The position numbers and the translations under genes were made by a program. A DNA stretch of 63,323 nucleotides, filler included, from Welwitschia mirabilis (lineage: Eukaryota), in NCBI GenBank assembly GCA_051453625.1. It is 7 parts of one record of this genome, joined end to end, with 100 filler letters (N's around TTAATTAATTAA, not from the genome) between each part and the next. Parts side by side here need not be neighbours in the genome. Positions count along the whole stretch, not along the records: positions 49,346 to 61,094 come from JBOZIK010000001.1; positions 61,195 to 63,323 come from JBOZIK010000001.1; 5 more parts are not named here. One strand, written 5' to 3'. The notes beneath the pieces are model-generated. The model did not search any database. It was given only the letters and a program-made list of their open reading frames with translations, and was not told the DNA's origin. Below, piece after piece: positions 51,294 to 61,429 of this stretch (position 1 is the first letter of the stretch; every line of letters begins with the position of its first letter).

Positions 51294-51393
51294 NNNNNNN
51301 NNNNNNNNNNNNNNNNNNNNNNNNNNNNNNNNNNNNNNNNNNNNNNNNNNNNNNNNNNNNNNNNNNNNNNNNNNNNNNNNNNNNNNNNNNNNN

Positions 51394-51470
51394 TATTGTT
51401 GCAAAAATTAGTAAGAAAATTATTAGCACCCTATTCACCCCCCCTCTAGGGTGTTTGTACGATCCTAACA
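51394..51470 (+). repeat. 3' end (U5) of a Sirevirus LTR abutting the RT/RNase H of element #4
   Basis: accctattcaccccccctctagggtg...gatcctaaCA is followed directly by pol codons (KSTQNF..) with no PBS, so this is a nested 3' or solo LTR. Confidence 0.75.
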
Positions 51471-54400
51471 AAGTCCACTCAAAACTTCAGCCTTTCGTAT
51501 GCTTATGATACAACACCAAATCTTGTAGGATATAGTGATGCCAATTGGGCTGAATGTGTTAATAACAGCAAAAGCACTAGTGGTGTCTGCTTTTATATGA
51601 GAAACTGTTTAGTTTTTTGGCTTAGTAGAAAACAAACCACCACCTCTCTATCCACAGCAGAAGCAGAATACACTGTTGCTGAAGCATGTTGCACTCAACT
51701 CCTGTGGATGAAACAAATGATGGTAGACTTTGGTATCGAGGTAAGTAATATTAAAATTTATCGTGATAACACTGGTGCTAAAAATCTAGTTCAACACTCA
51801 TGAACCAAAAACATTAACATTCGACATCATTTCATTCATGAGCATGCTTAGAACATCATGGCACTAGAATAAGTTTCAACGCATAACCAAATAGCAGACG
51901 TTATGACTAAAAGTTTAAGTGAAGAGAAATTTGTGTTTTTTAGAAAAAATATAAGCGTAGGGGTTAACCCCTCTTGGCCTAATTTGCTCCAGTTGTGGTC
52001 CTACCTTTGTCATCATCTTAAACTTGTTTTGTAATGACCAGTTGGAGTGATCTTTAAATTGAATATTCGAAGTGTTGTCATTTGCTATAATCATCTATTT
52101 GAACTTGATCTCGGACATTCGTTGTTAATCCTTGGATGTCCCGCTATATTCTTTTGGTCATCTAAGCCAAATTCTGTTCAAACGTCCCATACTCAAAACC
52201 CAAACATCTTACTGTTTATTTCTAATCAAATAAACCAAAGTGAACCTCAGACATCCCACATTTAAACCCCGGACATAATTGTTTCAGTTTAAAAAAAGAA
52301 GAAGAGATTTTTAAAAAACCCAAGCGTCACGTTCAAAAAACCCGAACGACAGCCTTTTATGTGAACACAAATCCATGGGACGCCCCACTTTTCTTTCATC
52401 CCTTTTAAACCCCTAAACCCTTGTCTCCTAGTCATTTTCCACCTCCAATCTTCAATCTTCTCTACTCTTTTTACTCCTCCTTCAGTCTCCTTCAAAGCTT
52501 CAGTCTTGAACTTTTGTTTTCATCATGGTGAAAACCAAATTTGCTGCTTCCAGAAAAGGAAAAGAGCTAGCTTAAGAAGCAGAATGGTTTCAATCACCAG
52601 AGCACAGAAAAACTTTGTTTGGGTGCTTCTCAAAAAGGCCTATTGCACCAGAAAGGACGATAGACTATGAGTTCTCCAAGCATGAACTCAGACTAACACC
52701 AAAATTTGAACAACAAGGATGGTTGTATACCTTGGACCCAGACATAAAGGCCTCCACAAGAATGGTACGACTATTCTATTGCAATGCAATTGTTGAGCCA
52801 AATGAATGGAAGCTTGTTTCTAAAGTTTTCGGTAGAATAGTGGAAATAGATTTAGAAGCCATCTCCTTGACTACTGGATAACCAAATGAGGGCTCCTTTC
52901 GTGAGATAAATTCTGTGAGTTCTCTTCAAGAAGCGGCTTCAAAAGACATTTTGATTGAAGAATTTTGTGGAAAGAATTTTGTTTGGAGAGCTAATATACC
53001 TACAAATCAGCTCAAACCTTTCCACAGAGTGGTATTTCATATTTTCACTCATAATTTAGTTCCAATGTTAGGGCATAAAGATGAGTTTTCATGTTTTGTC
53101 TTGGCAATAGAGTTAGAATCAATCTATGCAAATTTCTTATGCACTACATTACTCAATTTCTTATTACCAGTTACTCCAGTCTACTGTTTGGAGGATTAAT
53201 TATAGCTTTATTGGAAAACCTTCAATTTGTTGTTAACAAAAATGAGGAATCAGTGAAAGTTGCAAAACCTTTGGGTTTATACTCTTTAAAGAAGATGAAC
53301 ATGTTTTCTGAAGTAGAATCACCTCCTCCTCAGCCTCAGAAACGAAGAAGAGTGGAAGAAGGCACAAGTTCGGGCCCTGTATCAAATGAACACCTGTTGA
53401 AGGCCAGTTTAGAAGGAAAAAACATAGCTTTACAGGCAAAGTCCATAGCAGATAAAGTACACAAGAAGGTAGAATGCNNNNNNNNNNNNNNNNNNNNNNN
53501 NNNNNNNNNNNNNNNNNNNNNNNNNNNNNNNNNNNNNNNNNNNNNNNNNNNNNNNNNNNNNNNNNNNNNNNNNNNNNCAGAAACAGCTTTTGCAAGACTG
53601 TGAATCTAAGCCAGCATATCAATCTATTGATAAAACTTCGATTGAATTATCTCACTGTTTCCTCAAGCTCAACTTCACGGGGAGCAAGCCTTCTTCCTTG
53701 CAAGTCATCCAGCGATTGTGATCATTGAAAAGGGGCAGATTATTGGTAAGTTATATTCGAATGATGACCAATGCTTGGTACAAGGTGGCCAAACAGCGTC
53801 TACAAATCCTGGGAGATCATCAGATATGTAAAGACAGTGAAAACCAAAAACTGAAGCAATCCAAACTATATAGGACCTCTGACCTAATCATACTGAGACA
53901 TCGGGCCCTCTAAACTGTCTGAATGTACTAAGACGTCCGAATTGAAAAACAAGGATGTCCAGACAACTGAGACGTCTAATCTCCAAGCTGAGGCGCACAG
54001 TCATGTTCTCAGCCAAATATACTGGGACGTCTAACCTGCAAAACCAGGACGTTCGGACCCTCTCTCAGTTTTCTGTAAAAGCAACTTAAAAAACGAGACT
54101 TCGAGATTTTCTCAAGGGGACATCCAAGAAGATAACCGTTGTTGCGAAATGCACACTTAGGTGAACATTGGGCACTAAATCAAAGACAAAAATGGCTAGA
54201 AGACCATCTTTGAAGGCACACAACTCAAGAAAAGAACTTGTCTAAGATCCCTTTACCTCCTTGAGTGTCAATCATATAAATGTATTAAACAATGAAGGAA
54301 AAAACTATTGGACTAACCTCTGAAAATTTACAGTGTTCACATCTAAAGAAGATTCTTCTTCTTGTTGTTGTTGTACCAATGCTCTGAAATAGCAAATCTC

Positions 54401-54779
54401 AATTATTCAAATTGTACTCAATGCTAATGATTTGTGCTCATTAGGCTCAAAAGACATCAGGTTCTTCTTCTTCTCTATTGTGCTACTCTGATGGAGAAAG
54501 GATTGTAATTCCTAAACCCTGGAATGAATGGTTGATTGTATCGGGAGAAAAAGTTTTTGATATAAGGGAACCAAGAGGCTGAAGGCATTGTGCTGACCCC
54601 TGAGAGTGGAGTAGGGTGGAAAGTTGAACCACTATAAAAGATCTGGTGCACTTTTCTTTTGCTTTAATTTAATAGATCAATAACTAACTATTTGTAGTTT
54701 CTATTCATTTTCTAGTTTAAGAGTTTGAAAAACCCTATTCAACACCCCCCCTCCTTCTAGGGTGTTTTTGATCCTAACA
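51471..54779 (+). mobile_element. Sirevirus element #4, 3' half (same subfamily as #3)
   Basis: RNase H GYSDANWA..KSTSG..WLSRKQTTTSLSTAEAEY. Env-like ORF from 52525, PPT tcattgaaaaggggcagat, and 3' LTR 53741-54779 ending with the C-rich signal and gatcctaaCA. Confidence 0.88.
52525..53477 (+). pseudogene. Sirevirus env-like ORF, copy 4 (end in gap)
   Basis: MVKTKFAASRKGKE; FSKRPIAPERTIDYEF..EQQGWLYTLDPD..RMVRLFYCN; LGLYSLKKMNMF..PPPQPQKRRRVEEGTSSG. Confidence 0.85.
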
Positions 54780-55799
54780 GCAACAACTTAGGACATATAC
54801 TTGTGCACTTTGACTATTGTTGGCCTAACAAAAGATGTTAAGATTGATGTTGTTAACATTTGGTTTGCGTGGAAACTATACTCATTTAGCTTATTTACCA
54901 AGCCACATTTCCACAAGAACTTTCATAAAGAATGTGAAACTTCTTGAAAGGTCCTACTAGGTAGCTATCTTTGATGATGCATTTATTTTTGTGAAAGGTT
55001 GCTCGTTTTAGTTTATTATTATTATTATTACTCTATTGAAACCATAAGCTACCAAAAAGTATCTTACTTCACAAGGGAGGACTTATCTATGTTGGTTTTG
55101 TTATTGTTATTGTTTATTAATTTGCAGAGCAAATGAAGTTGAGTTATTTTAAGCTAACAAAATAAGATTCAAGAAATAATTTTTAAATCCCTCATTAAGG
55201 TGAAGAAAAAGAATCTGCTAGAGGATTTGGCACCCAATAGATCTCCCAAATTTGCAATTCATTTTTAATTCTTTATCAATCCCTCTTACATCTACAATAG
55301 TGTCATAAACCCATTCTAATAATGATGCTCATACCTCCTGTCCTTGATGTTTGAATCCTTTATATCCAGTATGATTACTTGTTTACAGTTGCTTCCACAA
55401 CGTTATATAGGATAGAGAAAGAATTATAAAAATAATGTCATTTTGCTTATGATAGGAAAATCACTTACCTCTGATGCCAACTCATAAGCCTTCCAAATCT
55501 TCCAAACGTACCAAAGTCTACGTGACTTGCACACATATATTTAGATCCAAGAAATTAAAAACACTACAAGTAGAAAGTGAAACATACACCACTACTCTAG
55601 CAATGCATCAACCACCTTAGTGCTTAAACTCTTATGTTTAATAACAAATTAAACTCTTGCAATCTTTCAATGCAACTAAGTTGCTTGATATCAAACTTAA
55701 GTTGAATCTACAAATATTGCTAGAGCTCAATGAGTGATGTATTATGTATACTAGATATATAAAGCCAATTTACCAACAATGTAAACACAATTTGTCTAT

Positions 55800-56313
55800 A
55801 AAATCTCATCCTCAAAATCCCAACACTTAACATCTCCAACAAAGAGCAAACTATATTCCCATAACAATATCATAGCAATGATTTGACAAGCTATAAAATG
55901 CTTCTAAATGGTGATTTCTAATACTTCTATGTTAAAAAGTTTTGACTCCAAATATCATTAAATGACACCTTTTTCTGTTGGCCATCTTTTCAAGAAAAAG
56001 ACTCAAGAAATTGATAAATAGAACTATTAAGTGCAAAACCACCCACGACTTGCTTGCGGCTATACTTTTTAAAACTTAGTTTCTTGGCGCTCCTTCTAGT
56101 GCCAAGGATTGTTGACATCATGGATTTGGCCTCAGTTGTCCACCAAATGTGGGTAACATCAACCCTGATACTCATTTGGAAGGATGGGTTAACCAATAAC
56201 AGCTTCAAGAGTATGGCAAAACCTAGAAAAAGACTCATTTCGAAAAGTGCACACAAATATGGAATTAGGATCGTTAATTCTGTGACACCCAAATAAACTT
56301 TAGGGAATTGCAA
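55800..56313 (-). mobile_element. L1-type LINE RT fragment
   Basis: Minus-strand GVTELTILIP (cf. N.T.I.LIPK), followed at appropriate spacing by Q..GGF resembling the QSAFV region. Very decayed. Confidence 0.45.
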
Positions 56314-56899
56314 AATTCAACTAGACGTTTTCCAAATCTGCACTCCAAATACAAAATCAATGATATGGAAGCTCAAACAAATGATAGAATAAGGGTATTA
56401 TCATTATTAATCCAAGTAAGATTTGTAGTTACACAAAGAAGGAAAAAAAAAAAGGAGGAGGAGGATTGGGGGGTTGGTCAAGGGTTGGGAAGTGTGGAAC
56501 GCACCCATAAAGGAGCCAAAGCTTGAAGGGGGAATGTTGGTGTTGTAGTGTCGAATCCCAAATAAAAAGTTTATATTAAGATCAACAAAGGCAAGTTTAT
56601 ATGCAGCATCAGCAACATCTACAAATCAGAACAAAAGAACAAGCGGTAGAAACCTAAAAAGGCTCAGAAACCAAAACATGAAAAGAATCAATAACCAAAA
56701 CAAAAAGAACTAATTAATGATAGTTGCATGTGTTGGAGTGTAAATGGAGAGATATATTCGTATAGGAAACTAAAAGGTCATCCACCCAATGCACCAAAAA
56801 TTAGAAGATGTGATTGACCTCCCAATGGACCTTTTCTGCGAAAATAACATGATGAAGAATATAAATCTTAACATAAAAGAAAAAAGTATAAGCATCTTG

Positions 56900-59800
56900 T
56901 TTATGGAAACCTAGATCATAATGATGCTTTCACATTTGATATAAAACAATAGGGCAAAGACATTTCCATAGAAAAGGTAAGGAGTAGGTAGATGAGGTGC
57001 AGCACCAAAGACGGTCTCTTTCCAATGCAACTTGAAGCCTTGCAAAGCTCTAAAACACCTACAAGAAAATAGAAGTTGCATATCTACATTCATTAAAAAA
57101 ATATTTAAAAAAAACTCCAATCCCAACCACAAGAGAGGCAAATTACTAGAACAAATCATAGATAAAGCAAACAAAGTACTAAAGGAAGCCCGTTTTGTAG
57201 GAGAGGGCAAAGGAAACGCTTTATTTAAAGAAGAGCTAACAATTTCCAAATTAGGTTTAAAAAAATTTCCAAACATCTCCTGAATCATCCACATCCATCC
57301 GCAATTACACGAAGGAGTAAGAAGGTGAGGAGAGTAGAGAAGGTTGCAAACTTTTCCAACTTTAAGAGGTAATAGATATGATCTATTTGTCCACTTGAGA
57401 GAAGCCCACATGGATTTATCATTATCAATAAGCTCAAGGTTATGTTCTAAAAAATCTTCTAGCTTGGAATAAGCAAGGTGCATTCTTGTAGATGAGCCAT
57501 ATTACATTTAAAAGCCTGTCCATTGAATCCACTAACCCTAAAATAATACAGCTACAGAAACAATGCCTTTCTGAAGCCACCTTGAAGCTAACTCAAGATA
57601 TCAACACGCTAGTGAACCATTAGGCAAAGGAAGCCACCATGGATTTAATTCTCAAAGCATAAATGAATGAAGTGTAACATCTTGCCAATTTATAAGATAA
57701 TTTAAGGATTTTCATGCTTTCCAAATATGTTGGAAAACAAAAGTACCTTCTATTTTAATTTTATGCAAGAACACTATCCAGTTCTTAGGATGAATACCTT
57801 TTTAGAGAGACTATGATTAGGAAAGGCATTAGCTAATCTATGTAAAAGTAAAGAAGTACTAGAAACAAAGTTATTAACTACTTACAAGATCCATTTACTA
57901 CTTGAAGCTTGAACTTGATTAAAACAATCTATAAAACCTAGTTCACCCATCTTTTTTGGAAGACAACAAATATTCTAGGCTACTCTAGCAAAATGTTTTG
58001 TGGTGTGAGATGGGACCACATATTATTTCTTAAAATATCCTCTTTCTTTTTATAAGCTTGCTAGGAGGGAACCCAATGAGAAGAAGAATAAGTCTAGATA
58101 GAAGCCCACATAGATGGATAAACCATAAATTTGCCTACAAATGAAAGCTCCTTAGATTTCCATAAATATGCCTTTTTTTTGAATTTTATCTAAAAATCAT
58201 TTCCAGAGACCGTTGAGAGATTTGACAAAAGCAAAAAGAATTCCCAAAGCTTTAAAAATCTCTATAGGCTAAATAAATGATTGAGGTTGAATGGAAAGCC
58301 ACGTGTATACCAGATAAAGCAAAACTAGAAGATTTTTCCCAATTTATTTTGGATCCTTAAAGCATCCAATATTGATCTATTTGGTAGAGAAGACTTTGAG
58401 ATCATTGCTCTATCCTTTTTAATAATAAAGAATGAGTAAATTGCAAAATTCATATTTATAAGCTATTTGGAATCATTATGAATTTGAACCCCTTGAATTA
58501 GGCGTGATTGTTCATCTATGAGAATTGCATAGCATAAAAAATCAATTGCTAAAATAAATAGATAAGGGGCTAATAGATATCTATGCCAAACTAATCCTTC
58601 AATATTAAGGTTTTTGAAATACCATGTTTAGTAGCAACATATGCATTGGCATATCTAAATAAACTAGTAACAAGATGGAACGATTTTGGCCCAATCCTAG
58701 CTTCTTCATACATTATAAAATAAAACCCCACTAGATTTTATCACATGCCTATGCATAATCAAAGTTAACAAAGATAGCATCTTCACTAAAATCTTTTACC
58801 AATTGCATTCTATCTCATGTAACAACTACATTATTGAGTATGTATGTGCCATTGATCAAACTAGACTATCCATTACAAATAATTATCAAGACAAATTGAT
58901 TTGAATTTGGTAGCTAAACATTTGGCCAAAATTGCGTATTGAACATTAACCAAGGTGATTGATTGCCAATTAGTAATAAATGAGGATCTCTGAATTTGGG
59001 AAGAAGTCGAATAACTCCTTAATTAATATGAGGGCTTAAAGAGCCTTTATAAATGGCTTCTTGAAGCACATACCAATAGTCTTATCCTATTATATCCCAA
59101 GGATTTGTATAAGTTCAATTAGAAAGCCATCAAATCCTTGAGCTTAGTTAAACTAAAAGAAGCCTCTTTCAATTCTATGAGAGGAATATTCTTTTCCAGA
59201 GAATTATGAGCTACTGTTATCTCACTAGGAACAAAAGCTGCATCTCGATGAAATGAGTTGGATCCAAAAAACATCTACCTTAAAGATAGTTGCAGAATAA
59301 TCCACTATAAAATTTAAAATACCATTTGCCTCAAAGATCAAAGAATTATTGATAAGCAACTAAAAGAGACCCTGATTTTCACCAACAAATGATATTAAAA
59401 ATTTTAAAAACTCTTTACCATTATCATCCTAAATGTGCAACCAAGGTACTTTTTAATCAAAGCACTAAAGGCAAAGTGGGCATCCTCAGCCTATAAATAC
59501 TTTCTACCATTAGCTAATAAGGCTTGAGTTTGAACATTCTGCAAATCTGACTGCATTTGATGACACAAAAAGTCAACTCTAGAAGAGTTGCTTTGATATT
59601 CATGATTACTAGCTCTAGCCAACNNNNNNNNNNGCCAACTATTTATAAAAGCGGCAAGCATAATTCCTAATTCTACATACAGTGCAATGCTACTAAGCTA
59701 ACCATCCCTATGGGTAAGCAAGAAAAGGTTCGACCTTTCATAAAATGTTAACCAATATTTTCCTTCTTTTCAAATAAAAACTTGACAATGCAATCGAAAA

Positions 59801-60500
59801 AGAGATGCCTTTTGGATGTGATTGCTTGTACAAAAGGTAGCATCATGAAAATTAGAAAATTGTCTAAGAAAATTATAACCATTAACTCTTTAAAAGTGAA
59901 TTAAGAAGATCAAAACGACACTGCAAAATAATAAAAATAATATAACCTCTTCAAAATGTTGGTAGAGCCCAACCTATTATTAATCAAAGTTAATAAAAGC
60001 TTGACAAACAAGGGAATGAAATTGTAGATTTTTGTCCACTAAACAAAATCACTCTTTAAAAGTCATCCAAGCTAAAACTTCCAAAGCTTAGAAGCGACAA
60101 AGAATACCACCCCATCTATCTTTCGGAAATTCTCACACATTAAAATCAGCTCCAAAATCCAATGAATGCTAGGCAATCTGAAAACTAGCTCCCTACTAGA
60201 AAAAGCATCGACAGCCAAAGTCATTTGTAGCATAAATGGAGTAAATTACAAAACTACCAAAATCAGAAATGAAGGTAACCTACACTGCCCATGTTAATGA
60301 TCCTGGTCATATGATTGAAGAGATTTCTTCCACCTTCAATGAATAACAATAATACTAGCACCTCCCCGCCTTTCTAGATGGGAAGTAGAAATATGGAATC
60401 CCTCATGAATGAAAGATTTGCACACAAAACCCATATTTAAAGATGAATTTTAACTTCTTAAAGAAGAATAAAATCAATAGAGGCAATAAAACGAAGGTAT
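56900..60500 (-). mobile_element. Degenerate L1-type LINE ORF2 (endonuclease + RT)
   Basis: Ordered minus-strand motifs: ADFN (~60140), AQGFDGF (~59130, cf. APGPDGF), LLPK (~59000), ITLVNVQYAILAK (~58940, cf. ISLCNVLYKIISK), D..KA.D-like (~58750), LSGIHV (~58310), IYVGF (~58110, cf. KYLG). Boundaries approximate. Confidence 0.75.
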
Positions 60501-60940
60501 AAACCAACATGTTTCTTACAAAGTATAAGGCCTCACACATTACATCAAAAAATAAGATGAGGAAGAATAGGTATAAGCCTATAATTCTTCAAGAAATTAA
60601 TAGTCACACATCAATCAACATCCATAATTGAAGATAATGTTGCAAAAGCATTGGAAGTAGAATGTCTACTAGGGATGATGTTTCGAAAGGATAAGAAGGA
60701 ATGTCAGCATGTTTTTGCTTTTTTAGATAACTACTACATGAATCTGACATTTTGGGCTCGACCAATGGAAAACTTTCCAAATTAGTAACACGCTACTTTG
60801 AAGGGTTTAAAATAGCCTTGGTCATCATCATTGAACTATGATACTTCAAACTTGAAAAATTTTATGTTAAAGATTGTATCTGTTACTAGAGTTAGTTTAG
60901 GATTTGAATAAGTTAGCTGAAATTATGATTAGTAGTTAGT

Positions 60941-61070
60941 TTAAGTTAGTTTCCTGGTTTTTCTACACTCAGTTTAGAGCTATTAAGTTAGTTTCCTAAT
61001 TTTTCTACAATCAATTTAGAGCTGTTAAGTTAGTTTCCTCATTTTTCTACAATCAGTTTAGAGCTGTTAA
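60941..61070 (+). repeat. 3 x 42-bp tandem repeat, probably within an LTR starting at ~60881
   Basis: ttaagttagtttcct..tttttctaca.tcagtttagagct. units start at 60941, 60983 and 61025. Confidence 0.85.
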
Positions 61071-61193
61071 TATATTTCCTTGTAGAAATTTGAGNNNNNN
61101 NNNNNNNNNNNNNNNNNNNNNNNNNNNNNNNNNNNNNNTTAATTAATTAANNNNNNNNNNNNNNNNNNNNNNNNNNNNNNNNNNNNNNNNNNN

Positions 61194-61429
61194 NGTCCCG
61201 GTTTACAGGTGGGACGTCCTAGTACTTTAGGACTGCCAGGGAGGTGGGACGTCCCAGTTTACAGGTGGGACATCCCAGTTTACAGGTGGGACATCCTAGT
61301 ACTTTAGGACTGCCAGGGAGGTGGGATGTCTCGGTTTACAGGTGGGACGTCCCAGGTTCACAGTGGGACATCCCGGCTTCACATCTTCTCAGATTTTTAC
61401 CTCTTCATTGACATCATTTTTTCCCAACA
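61194..61429 (-). repeat. 5' end of an inverted Sirevirus-like LTR carrying a tandem array of GGGACGTCC motifs, abutting RNase H of element #5
   Basis: Ends ttcccaaCA at 61429 (rc TGTTGGGAA..tcaatgaag). Alternating 21-bp (gtgggacgtcccagtttacag) and ~35-bp (gtgggacgtcctagtactttaggactgccagggag) units. Confidence 0.7.

Noticed and set aside
61194-61380. CRISPR-like repeat/spacer appearance
   Set aside because: The intervening units are themselves repeated, there are no cas genes, and the context is a plant retroelement LTR.
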